Of a stretch of DNA of 64,000 nucleotides, positions 27,887-37,074 are shown piece by piece. This stretch comes from Gammaproteobacteria bacterium (GTDB taxonomy: Bacteria > Pseudomonadota > Gammaproteobacteria > Eutrophobiales > Eutrophobiaceae): positions 2,487,541 to 2,551,540 of the forward strand of contig CBDEUC010000003.1 in the NCBI GenBank assembly GCA_965243105.1, written 5' to 3'. The notes below the pieces were generated by a model. That model ran no database searches and was not told where the DNA came from. It saw nothing but the letters and a program-made list of their open reading frames with translations. The position numbers and the translations under genes are program-made. The stretch's first letter is position 1. Every line of letters begins with the position of its first letter.

Positions 27887-28069
27887 TTTTTTCTCTCGTC
27901 TCTTTTCCCGCTCATTATAAGACCGGGCCCGGCATGATGTGAAATCGAATATCGTGCGCGCCCAATTAGCAGAGTCAATTCTATTGATTATTCATGCCTG
28001 TGCTGAAGCAAGATCTAAGCAGTATGCTAGAATCGCCCTCTACAGTTCTCTTAAAGAAATAAATGCCAC

Positions 28070-29353
28070 ATGACTCCGCTTGATGTATTGAGTAAACATA
28101 CCAGCAGCGCCATTGAGTCCAGGCAGTTTGGCAAGACATTACATAATGCGCTTTGCGAATTGATTGATTGTCTCGGGCTTGCCATTACAGTCAGGGACGA
28201 CGGCGAAAGTTCCTACCTGGTATATTTTATTCACAGCAATGGAGAGGAAGTACTTCCATTAAAGGGGAAGCTTTCTGATTGCCTGAAAAGTGATACACAG
28301 GTTTCTAACATTGCCCTCAATTCCTGGACCGCCTTTGAACGATACGAGTTCCGGGCGAAAAACGATGTAACAGCAGAAATACAGGGTTACGAATCTGTCG
28401 CCAGGATTGCCTGGCAACTGGGCGGATACTCGACCTATGACATTCTTCTATTTTCCATTGGAGATTCCGGGTACAGCGGAGTCGTTTCTGAATACCTGCA
28501 AATGGCGGTCAACCTGCTGGCCACGGGTATATTGCGCCGCGTGGAAAACACCGAGCTTTCAAAGGCAGAAGGCTGGATAAACAAGGAGCTTGAGGAGATT
28601 GCGAAACTGCAGGAAACCCTGCGACCCGATATCCTTGACGATATAAGGGGTGCGGAGTTTGCAGTTCATGCCGAGGCATACCGATATGCAGGTGGAGATT
28701 ATTATGACGTGGCAAACCTGAATCACTTCAGTGAAGAGAGCCAGGCTTCGGATTCGGGTGATATGTTCAGTCTGGCAATAGCCGACGTGTCCGGACATGG
28801 TCCATCTGCGGTACTCGAACTTGCCATGCTGGACGCGATCTTGAGAACATACAGCACAAGCCAGGCTTTCCTGGGTGAATCCCGGGGTCCTGACACTGTC
28901 GCGACTTACGTGAATCGTAATATGTTTACCCGTCGCTCAAGGGCGACTTTCACTACGGCAATATTCAGCGTTTTTAATCCGGAAACCAGGATCCTCAGTC
29001 ATTCATGCGCGGGTCATCCAGCACCAATATGGAAAAAGGCCGATACCCGGCAGACCATTGAGTTACTGGTTACGGAAGACATCCCTATTTGTGTACTGCA
29101 GGACTACCAGTGGTCAAGAATGGAAACCAGCATCGCACCCGGGGACATCATGGTTTTTTATACCGATGGCATTACGGAAAGCCGCAGTGATGATGGCTCG
29201 TTGTTTGGCACTTGTCGCCTTGTTGAGGCCGTGGATAAAGCACCACCCGAGCCACAGGCTGTAATCGACTCCGTTCTCGAGTCTGTAAACCATTTTACTT
29301 CAAATGCGGAAAGCGAAGATGATGTGACCTTGCTGGCGGTAAAGTACAACTAG
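28070..29353 (+). CDS. PP2C-type serine phosphatase (SpoIIE/RsbU family) with an N-terminal uncharacterised sensor domain
   Basis: IADVSGHG metal-binding motif and C-terminal FYTDGITE...DDVTLL of the SpoIIE domain. Confidence 0.7.
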   Translation: MTPLDVLSKHTSSAIESRQFGKTLHNALCELIDCLGLAITVRDDGESSYLVYFIHSNGEEVLPLKGKLSDCLKSDTQVSNIALNSWTAFERYEFRAKNDVTAEIQGYESVARIAWQLGGYSTYDILLFSIGDSGYSGVVSEYLQMAVNLLATGILRRVENTELSKAEGWINKELEEIAKLQETLRPDILDDIRGAEFAVHAEAYRYAGGDYYDVANLNHFSEESQASDSGDMFSLAIADVSGHGPSAVLELAMLDAILRTYSTSQAFLGESRGPDTVATYVNRNMFTRRSRATFTTAIFSVFNPETRILSHSCAGHPAPIWKKADTRQTIELLVTEDIPICVLQDYQWSRMETSIAPGDIMVFYTDGITESRSDDGSLFGTCRLVEAVDKAPPEPQAVIDSVLESVNHFTSNAESEDDVTLLAVKYN

Positions 29354-29496
29354 CTCCCGGTACTTCGCCTCGCAGCTCTTCAGATGAAATGGAAAACAAT
29401 CACTACCTTTCTGAATTAGTTACTTCAAGTTTTGTGACATGGAAATAAGTGTTAGCATGATTTCTTCCTGAACGAGAAATAAAAGGAAAATAATTT

Positions 29497-29994
29497 ATGG
29501 CGACTATCACACTTCATGGGCACGCGACAAACACCAACGGTGACCTGCCCGTAGTCGACAGTATTGCACCGGACTTCACCCTGGTAGATGGCGACTTAAA
29601 CGACGTTTCGCTCGGTGATTTTCGAGGTAAAAGCAAGTTACTAAACATTGTGCCGAGCCTGGATACTCCTGTGTGTGCCGCATCGACCAGGAAATTTAAT
29701 GAAGTCAGTTCGGACTATCCGGATACTGTATTCCTGACTATTTCCGCTGATTTACCTTTTGCGATGAAACGCTTTTGTTCAGTTGAAGGTGTTGATAACG
29801 TCATTCCCCTGGCCATGATGAGGTCTAACAAGTTTGCCTCGGACTACGGGGTGCTCATTGTTGATGGGCCAATGTGTGGCATAACGGCGAGGGCAATTGT
29901 CGTACTGGACAATGAAAACCGGGTATTACACACGGAATTGGTGCGAGAGCTTGGTGACCAGCCGGATTACGACGCAGCACTGGCGAAACTTTAA
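29497..29994 (+). CDS. tpx: Thiol peroxidase (lipid hydroperoxide peroxidase)
   Basis: Tpx-type atypical 2-Cys peroxiredoxin with peroxidatic Cys in the PSLDTPVC context. Confidence 0.85.
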   Translation: MATITLHGHATNTNGDLPVVDSIAPDFTLVDGDLNDVSLGDFRGKSKLLNIVPSLDTPVCAASTRKFNEVSSDYPDTVFLTISADLPFAMKRFCSVEGVDNVIPLAMMRSNKFASDYGVLIVDGPMCGITARAIVVLDNENRVLHTELVRELGDQPDYDAALAKL

Positions 29995-30038
29995 CCTGCA
30001 GCAATTGATGTTGTAACTGGCTGAAGAAGGAGCATGGA

Positions 30039-30449
30039 ATGAAAAAAGTACCCGTAAATAATCAAAAGGCACCCGACCTCGGCAAGGTATTTAACTGGGG
30101 ATTAAAAGTCAGCGATTTCAGTGAACTGTTCTTTGTCTCCGGTCACGGTGCAATGAACCCGGATTTCAGCGTTGAATGTGCGGGTGATCCCGGGGGGCAG
30201 GCACGTTTCATCTTTGAACAGGTGAAAGAGTACCTCGCAGAGAATGACTATAGCCTTGACGAGGTTGTGCAAATAAAACTCACCATTACAAAAGATGTCA
30301 CGGAAGAGCAGTTTCATGATGTCGTGCAGGTTTACGAAGAGTACATGAAAGATATCCCGGTGCGTCCTACCGGCGGCACCATGCGCGTGGTGGACAGGCT
30401 GGCTTTTCCCGGCATGATGGTGGAATTTGAATTCCTGGCAGCAAAGTAA
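30039..30449 (+). CDS. RidA/YjgF-family (Rid) protein
   Basis: About 130 aa with the chorismate-mutase-like Rid fold and a conserved C-terminal region. Confidence 0.55.
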   Translation: MKKVPVNNQKAPDLGKVFNWGLKVSDFSELFFVSGHGAMNPDFSVECAGDPGGQARFIFEQVKEYLAENDYSLDEVVQIKLTITKDVTEEQFHDVVQVYEEYMKDIPVRPTGGTMRVVDRLAFPGMMVEFEFLAAK

Positions 30450-30464
30450 CAAAAAGGCAACAAA

Positions 30465-30911
30465 TTGATGAAACGGTTTATTCACTTTCGAGGCCTGGTA
30501 AGCAGGTGTGCCTTTATTTTTCTGTGCATGCAGGTCCAGGCAAGTGATGAAGTCGGCACCGCAAGTGTTCTTGAAACAATGGAAAACATTATTGTTCCAG
30601 CCTCTGATACGCTCTGGGGAGTTGATGATCCACAAACCGGGGAAGACTGGCAGCGTCTTGAGACGGCCGCTGGCGCCCTGGTAAATGCGGGACAGGCAAT
30701 AAAGCAGGGGGGTAGTGGGCCGAGTGATGCGGCCTGGGCATCAGAGGCCCAGTGGCAGGAACTGGTGTCATCAATGATACAGGCTGCTGCCAGTGCACAG
30801 ACTGCGGTGAAAGAGAAAAACCTGGATGCACTGCTTGACGCGGGAGATGAGCTCTATCCGCCCTGCGAAAGCTGTCACAAGCTGTTTAACCCCGCGGTAG
30901 TGAACCAGTAA
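30465..30911 (+). CDS. Cytochrome c' / class II four-helix-bundle c-type cytochrome
   Basis: Signal peptide. Single C-terminal CxxCH (CESCH) near the C-terminus. Confidence 0.55.
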   Translation: MMKRFIHFRGLVSRCAFIFLCMQVQASDEVGTASVLETMENIIVPASDTLWGVDDPQTGEDWQRLETAAGALVNAGQAIKQGGSGPSDAAWASEAQWQELVSSMIQAAASAQTAVKEKNLDALLDAGDELYPPCESCHKLFNPAVVNQ

Positions 30912-30921
30912 GCAACTGCTT

Positions 30922-32103
30922 TTAGTCGATTGTATTCCCGGGAACGCGTACCAGGCCTTCCATGAGCACACGGGCGCTCCGGCCCATGCTGACTTTCTCC
31001 ACCAGCCATTTTCCTGAATCATTCCTGCAGGTTGCGCCGACCTTGAGCGTTCCCGAGGGATGACCAAAGGTGACACTGCTTCGTTCACCTCCGCCAGCCG
31101 CGAGGTTAACCAGGGTACCGGGAATACTGGCTGCCGTGCCGATGGCCACTGCAGCGGTTCCCATCATGGCGTGGTGTAATTTGCCCATGGAAAGCGCGCG
31201 CACGTTCAGATCAATATCTGCTGAGGACACCTGCTTGCCACTGGACGCCCTGTAATCTGCCGGTGGTGCAACAAACGCAACCTTGGGCACGTGCTGGCTT
31301 TTCTCAGCACCAGCCAGGTCATTAAACAAACCCATCATCATTCCGCCGTGGGCGCGAATAGTTTCAAACCGTGCCAACGCTTCGGGATCGCCATTGATTG
31401 CGTCCTGTAACTCGGTTCCGCTGTAGCCAATGTCTGCTGCATTAAGAAAAATGCTCGGTATTCCGGAATTGATCAGGGTGGCATCAAGGGTCCCTATCCC
31501 TGGCACCTCAATTGAATCCACCAGGTTTCCAGTAGGGAACATCTCTTCCGAGGGGTCTACGGGTTCGAGAAAATCAATTCCAACCTCTGCTGCTGGAAAT
31601 GTCACCCCATCAAGTTCGAAGTCACCTGTCTCCTGTACCTCACCATTCGTAATTGGCACATGGGCGATAATGGTCTTTTGAATATTGACCTGGAAAATGC
31701 GTACCTCCGCAGTACCGTTTTCCGGGATTCGACCAGGCTCGACCAGCCCGTTGCTTATGGCAAAGGGGCCGACCGCGGCTGACAGGTTGCCACAATTTCC
31801 GCCCCAGTCGACGAAGGGTTCGTCTATGGATACCTGGCCAAACAGGTAATCCACATCATGATCGGGCTTGTCGCTTTTACACAGGATCACGGCCTTGCTG
31901 GTGCTCGACGTTGCGCCTCCCATACCGTCGGTGTGCTTGCCATAGGGATCAGGGCTTCCAATAACCCGCATCAGGAAGCTGTTCCTGGCTTCACCTGCTG
32001 CGCGTGCTGATTCGGGTAAGTCGTCGCGAAGGAAAAATACCCCCTTGCTTGTACCACCTCGCATGTAGGTGGCGGGAACGCGGACTTGGGCTGGATGGCT
32101 CAT
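30922..32103 (-). CDS. prpF: 2-methylaconitate cis-trans isomerase
   Basis: PrpF-family N-terminus (YMRGGTSKGVFF). Immediately downstream of acnD. Confidence 0.75.
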   Translation of the reverse strand: MSHPAQVRVPATYMRGGTSKGVFFLRDDLPESARAAGEARNSFLMRVIGSPDPYGKHTDGMGGATSSTSKAVILCKSDKPDHDVDYLFGQVSIDEPFVDWGGNCGNLSAAVGPFAISNGLVEPGRIPENGTAEVRIFQVNIQKTIIAHVPITNGEVQETGDFELDGVTFPAAEVGIDFLEPVDPSEEMFPTGNLVDSIEVPGIGTLDATLINSGIPSIFLNAADIGYSGTELQDAINGDPEALARFETIRAHGGMMMGLFNDLAGAEKSQHVPKVAFVAPPADYRASSGKQVSSADIDLNVRALSMGKLHHAMMGTAAVAIGTAASIPGTLVNLAAGGGERSSVTFGHPSGTLKVGATCRNDSGKWLVEKVSMGRSARVLMEGLVRVPGNTID

Positions 32104-32114
32104 GCAATATTGTC

Positions 32115-34727
32115 TCAGGCAGCGGTGGAATCAAGAAAATCCTGGGCGAAGCGTTGCAAAACACCACCGGCAGTATAAACGGTTAACTCTTCCTCGGTAT
32201 CAAGACGGCAGGTGACATTTATCATGACACTGGATCCGTCCCGTCTTGTCATTTCCACCACCAGCTTTGAAGCGGGTGCGATATTTCCCGTCACCGTAAA
32301 AGTTTCGCTGCCATCAATTTTATAGGTCTCACGTGTTTCACCACTTGTGAACTGCAGCGGTAACACGCCCATGCCGACAAGGTTGGTACGGTGAATACGT
32401 TCAAAACCTTCGGCGATAATGGCCTGCACACCCGCCAGGCGCACACCCTTGGCGGCCCAGTCGCGCGATGAACCCTGCCCATAGTCAGCACCAGCAATAA
32501 TACAAAGAGCCTGGTTCCTGTCCATGTAGGTTTCAATCGCTTCCCACATACGCATTTGTTTACCTTCGGGTTCGAGTCGTGCCAGTGAACCCTGCATCAC
32601 CTCGCCATCGTCATCCAGGCACATTTCGTTTAACAATTTTGGGTTGGCAAAAGTTGCGCGCTGCGCAGTCAGGTGGTCGCCACGATGGGTAGCATAGGAA
32701 TTAAAGTCTTCTTCCGGCAGACCCATGCTGGCGAGGTATTCACCGGCAGCGGAGCTTGCCAGGATAGCATTTGAGGGCGAGAGGTGGTCAGTGGTGATGT
32801 TATCACCCAGTACCGCCAGCGGGCGCATATCCTTGAGAGAGCGTTCTCCGGCCAGTGCTCCTTCCCAGTAGGGAGGCCGGCGTATGTAGGTGCTTTTGGG
32901 TCGCCAGTCATAAAGTGGGCTACTGGCAGGTTCAATCTTGCCGAGATCAAACATCGGGATATAGACGGAGCGGAATTGTTCGGGTTTTACAAATTCATTC
33001 ACAATGGCATCTATTTCTTCATCGGAAGGCCAGATATCCTTGAGCGTGATGGAATTTCCATTCGCGTCCTGTCCCAGCTCATCCTGCTCAATGTCAAATC
33101 GAACCGTGCCCGCTATGGCATAGGCAACAACCAGTGGTGGCGAGGCCAGGAATGCCTGCCTGGCATAGGGATGAATGCGACCGTCAAAATTTCGATTGCC
33201 CGAGAGCACCGCCGTGGCATAAACATCGCGATCAATAATTTCCTGCTGGATAACAGGGTCCAGGGCCCCGCTCATGCCATTACATGTGGTGCAGGCATAG
33301 GCCACGATTCCAAAGCCCAGTTTTTCCAGCTCATTTAGCAGGCCTGCTTCTTCAAGGTAGAGTTTTGCGACTTTTGAGCCCGGTGCAAAGGAAGATTTCA
33401 CCCATGGCTTGCGAACCAGTCCCAGTTCATTGGCCTTTTGTGCAAGTAAACCCGCTGCTACAACATTGCGAGGATTTGAAGTGTTTGTGCAACTGGTGAT
33501 GGCTGCAATGATCACCGCGCCGTCAGGCAATTTGCCTTCTTCTTCCTCTGCCCTGGTCCTGTCCAGGTTAACCGCTATACCTTTCTCCGCAAGAGCAGAA
33601 GTTGGCAGACGCCTGTGCGGGTTGGATGGTCCTGCCATGTTTCGCTCAACCGTGGACAGGTCAAACTGCAGGACCCGCTCATATTCTGCTGCGGAAAGTT
33701 CGCTTGCCCATAATCCTGCGGCCCTGGCATAGTTCTCTACCAGTTTTACCTGCTCGGCATCGCGCCCGGTCAGGTTGAGATAGTCAATGGTCTGCTCATC
33801 AATGTAGAACATTGCCGCTGATGCGCCATACTCAGGAGTCATGTTGGAAATTGTGGCTCGATCGCCAATGGTGAGTTTGCTGGCGCCATCACCATAAAAT
33901 TCAACGTAGGAAGACACGACACGTTCGCCACGCAGAAACTCCGTAATTGCAAGCACGATATCGGTGGCAGTTATGCCAGGCTTACGTTCGCCAATGAGTT
34001 CTACCCCCACGATTTCAGGCAGACGCATCATTGAGGGCCTCCCCAGCATGACGGTCTCTGCTTCAAGACCACCGACACCAATCGCAATTACGCCAAGCGC
34101 ATCCACGTGGGGTGTGTGGCTGTCGGTACCAACACAGGTGTCCGGAAAAGCAATTCCATCCCTTACCTGGATCACCGGGGACATTTTCTCAAGGTTGATT
34201 TGATGCATGATGCCATTACCGGCTGGAATAACATCCACGTTCCGGAATGCAGTCTTGGTCCATTCAATGAAATGAAAGCGATCTTCATTTCGGCGCTCTT
34301 CAATAGCGCGATTTTTTTCAAAAGCATCCGGGTCAAACCCGGCTGCTTCCACCGCGAGAGAGTGATCAACGATAAGCTGGGTGGGCACCACGGGATTCAC
34401 ATCGGCAGGGTCACCACCTTTATCGGCAATGGCATCACGCAAGCCGGCAAGATCGACCAGCGCCGTTTGACCGAGAATATCGTGGCAGACTACGCGTGCA
34501 GGATACCAGGGAAAGTCGATTTCCCTTTTGCGCTCGATGATTTGTTCCAGGTACGCGCCCAGTTGATCGGGATCGCAACGTCGCACCAGCTGTTCTGCCA
34601 GGATACGCGATGTGTAGGGTAAACTCCTGTAGGCCCCCGGCTTGATCTCATCCACAGCAGTCCGGGTGTCAAAATAATCCAGCTCGGTGCCGGGAAGGGA
34701 AATGCGGTACCTGGAATTGGTCTTCAT
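32115..34727 (-). CDS. acnD: Fe/S-dependent 2-methylcitrate dehydratase (aconitase family)
   Basis: 870-aa aconitase-A-like protein with Fe-S ligand cysteines. AcnD-type N-terminus. Confidence 0.8.
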   Translation of the reverse strand: MKTNSRYRISLPGTELDYFDTRTAVDEIKPGAYRSLPYTSRILAEQLVRRCDPDQLGAYLEQIIERKREIDFPWYPARVVCHDILGQTALVDLAGLRDAIADKGGDPADVNPVVPTQLIVDHSLAVEAAGFDPDAFEKNRAIEERRNEDRFHFIEWTKTAFRNVDVIPAGNGIMHQINLEKMSPVIQVRDGIAFPDTCVGTDSHTPHVDALGVIAIGVGGLEAETVMLGRPSMMRLPEIVGVELIGERKPGITATDIVLAITEFLRGERVVSSYVEFYGDGASKLTIGDRATISNMTPEYGASAAMFYIDEQTIDYLNLTGRDAEQVKLVENYARAAGLWASELSAAEYERVLQFDLSTVERNMAGPSNPHRRLPTSALAEKGIAVNLDRTRAEEEEGKLPDGAVIIAAITSCTNTSNPRNVVAAGLLAQKANELGLVRKPWVKSSFAPGSKVAKLYLEEAGLLNELEKLGFGIVAYACTTCNGMSGALDPVIQQEIIDRDVYATAVLSGNRNFDGRIHPYARQAFLASPPLVVAYAIAGTVRFDIEQDELGQDANGNSITLKDIWPSDEEIDAIVNEFVKPEQFRSVYIPMFDLGKIEPASSPLYDWRPKSTYIRRPPYWEGALAGERSLKDMRPLAVLGDNITTDHLSPSNAILASSAAGEYLASMGLPEEDFNSYATHRGDHLTAQRATFANPKLLNEMCLDDDGEVMQGSLARLEPEGKQMRMWEAIETYMDRNQALCIIAGADYGQGSSRDWAAKGVRLAGVQAIIAEGFERIHRTNLVGMGVLPLQFTSGETRETYKIDGSETFTVTGNIAPASKLVVEMTRRDGSSVMINVTCRLDTEEELTVYTAGGVLQRFAQDFLDSTAA

Positions 34728-34737
34728 AAAACTTCAA

Positions 34738-34811
34738 ATTGTCGACATTTAAAGGAAATATTAGAAAATAATTCGCGAATACTAACAATATTCCCAATAA
34801 TTGTCGACAAT
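34738..34811. promoter_or_regulatory. Two palindromic TGTCGACA-core sites (34740-34747 and 34800-34811) in the acnD/cheR divergent region
   Basis: Read directly. The 12-bp perfect palindrome ATTGTCGACAAT and a second TGTCGACA core lie about 60 bp apart. Confidence 0.3.
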
Positions 34812-35033
34812 GTTGGTATTTTTGATCTTTCTCCCGGTGTTCGTCCGCAGCGCTGCATAACATCGAAAGCAGCAGGATTTCCAGCCACGTCAGGCCAGGA
34901 AGATGCGCAGCGAAGGGTCGCCGCCAGGCCCTGTAGGCAAATACACGCTTCGCAGCGCTTTAGTTTTTACCGTCGCTACCGATATGCAGGTAAATAGAAT
35001 TTTTACAGGCATATCGTCCGTCATAGCTGGTCA

Positions 35034-35894
35034 TTGAACGTGGGCATACCATTGGAAAATCAACTCGAATTTACTGACCAGCAATTCAACAAGCTGAGAA
35101 GTCTTCTTCACCAGGAAGCAGGAATAGCCCTGGCAGACATCAAGAAAGAATTGATGTATGGAAGGCTATTCAGGCGAATCAGGAACCTGAACCTGTCCGG
35201 CTTTGATGATTATCTTTCATTACTTGAACACAAGCCGGAACAGGAGATGGGGGATTTTATCAATTCCATCACTACCAATCTCACCGGTTTTTTCCGCGAA
35301 GAACATCATTTTCATTACCTGCAAAATGAAGTATTGCCCTGGATATACCAACGTCACCGCATCGACAAGCGTATCAGGATATGGTCGGCGGGCTGCTCCA
35401 CGGGAGAAGAACCCTACAGCATTGCCATGGCGCTGCTTGAAAGCATTCCTGAACCACAAAAGTGGGACATACAGATCCTGGCCACAGACATAGACTCCCA
35501 GGTTATCTCGACAGCGTCTTTCGGTATCTACGGTGCCGGTGCCATCGCTAAAATTTCTCCCCGGCGAAAGCAGCGCTGGTTTGAGCAAGCGGGCCAGGAA
35601 GAGGGTGGGAAAATGATAATAAAAAAGGAAGTAAGGAACCTGGTTACATTCAAGCGCCTGAACCTGGTAGATGATTGGGCAATGAGAAACAAATTTGACG
35701 TTATCTTTTGCAGAAACGTGGTGATCTACTTTGACAGGAAAACGAAATGCAGGCTTTTTGCCCGCTTTGCAGAACATAGCTGCCCCGGTGGATTCCTGTT
35801 TATCGGGCATTCCGAGTCCCTGTTTGATCTCAATGATAGTTTTAAACTGATTGGTAACACGGTTTATCGAAAAACCGGCACGGACAATAAATAA
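35034..35894 (+). CDS. cheR: Chemotaxis protein methyltransferase
   Basis: CheR N-terminal helical domain plus SAM-dependent methyltransferase motifs (RIWSAGCSTGEEPYS). Confidence 0.8.
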   Translation: MNVGIPLENQLEFTDQQFNKLRSLLHQEAGIALADIKKELMYGRLFRRIRNLNLSGFDDYLSLLEHKPEQEMGDFINSITTNLTGFFREEHHFHYLQNEVLPWIYQRHRIDKRIRIWSAGCSTGEEPYSIAMALLESIPEPQKWDIQILATDIDSQVISTASFGIYGAGAIAKISPRRKQRWFEQAGQEEGGKMIIKKEVRNLVTFKRLNLVDDWAMRNKFDVIFCRNVVIYFDRKTKCRLFARFAEHSCPGGFLFIGHSESLFDLNDSFKLIGNTVYRKTGTDNK

Positions 35895-35932
35895 GATACT
35901 TATTGTTTAACAACTTGAACAAGAAAAAGAAA

Positions 35933-37033
35933 ATGGGAAAGAGCATAAAAGTATTGATAGTCGACGATTCTATCCTCGTCAGGAAACTGATGCAGCGCAT
36001 CCTGGAAAAGGACGGTGACCTGGAAGTCGTGGGAACTGCGGAAGACGCCTTTGTCGCCCTGGAAATGATTAACAGGCTAAAGCCCGATGTACTGACCCTT
36101 GATGTCGAAATGCCAGGGATGAATGGCATCACTTTCCTGTCCAGGTTGATGCAATCGAATCCCCTGCCTGTGGTAATGGTCTCCTCCCTGACTGAAAAGA
36201 ATGCGGATATCACACTGCAGGCGCTGGAACTTGGTGCAGTTGAATTTGTGACAAAACCAAGGGTTGATGTTGCTGCGACGCTTGATGGATATTCCAGTGA
36301 ATTGATTCGTAAAATCAAGATCGCCTCAAAAGCAAATATAGTGGCGAGACATACTCGGGCGAGGCAAGCACCGGCGAATGCCAGAATCAAGACAACCTCT
36401 TTTCGTCGATCTTTAACGTCGCAGGACAGGCTCGATGAAGCCGATTATCCTGCCCCCTATGAACTAATCGCTATCGGTGCTTCGACTGGTGGCACTGAGG
36501 CGATTCGTGAAATCCTTCACGTGATGCCACGGACGGCGCCAGCCATCGTTATCACTCAGCACATCCCGGAAGGTTTCAGCGGAGTGTTTGCCAGGCGTCT
36601 CGATTCAATCACCGAGATGAATGTGTGCCAGGTCGAAGGTGAAGAACAAATTTGCGAGGGTAACGTTTACATAGCACCCGGTAATCGACATCTCTCGATT
36701 GTTAAGCAGGGAAACAGGTTGTCCTGCAAGTTGACAGCGGGTAAACCGGTTAATTACCACATTCCATCTGTAGAGGTTCTGTTTCGTTCTGTTGCAAGGT
36801 ATGTCGGCAAGAATGCGATCGGCGTGATGCTCACCGGGATGGGCAGTGATGGTGCAGATGCACTCAGGGAAATGCGGCAGACCGGTGCCCTGACAATTGC
36901 CCAGGATGAGCAAAGCAGCGTGGTCTGGGGTATGCCGGGAGAAGCTGTTTCAAGGGGTGCGGTTGATATCGTCCTGCCCCTGAATGAAATTTCTACAAAG
37001 CTACTTCGTGCTTCACGAAGACTGGCGGCATAA
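35933..37033 (+). CDS. cheB: Protein-glutamate methylesterase/glutaminase with receiver domain
   Basis: REC domain (VLIVDDS...D) and CheB methylesterase catalytic domain (GASTGG...). Start at the internal MGKSIKV. Confidence 0.8.
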   Translation: MGKSIKVLIVDDSILVRKLMQRILEKDGDLEVVGTAEDAFVALEMINRLKPDVLTLDVEMPGMNGITFLSRLMQSNPLPVVMVSSLTEKNADITLQALELGAVEFVTKPRVDVAATLDGYSSELIRKIKIASKANIVARHTRARQAPANARIKTTSFRRSLTSQDRLDEADYPAPYELIAIGASTGGTEAIREILHVMPRTAPAIVITQHIPEGFSGVFARRLDSITEMNVCQVEGEEQICEGNVYIAPGNRHLSIVKQGNRLSCKLTAGKPVNYHIPSVEVLFRSVARYVGKNAIGVMLTGMGSDGADALREMRQTGALTIAQDEQSSVVWGMPGEAVSRGAVDIVLPLNEISTKLLRASRRLAA

Positions 37034-37074
37034 ATGCCCTGAAGGAAATCAGGGGCTTTACCAGTATAGCGTCG

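Noticed and set aside
35220-35810. 196-aa minus-strand ORF inside cheR, and similar antisense ORFs inside glcE/glcF (52081-52644, 53643-54185), the P-loop gene (48112-48795) and acnD (32784-33338)
   Set aside because: All lie antisense within confidently assigned genes and have no motifs, so they are spurious.
37037-37055. Weak hairpin (CCCTGA/TCAGGG) between convergent cheB and BVMO
   Set aside because: Only a 6-bp stem with a poor U-tract. It may still be the terminator, but support is too weak to list as a feature.
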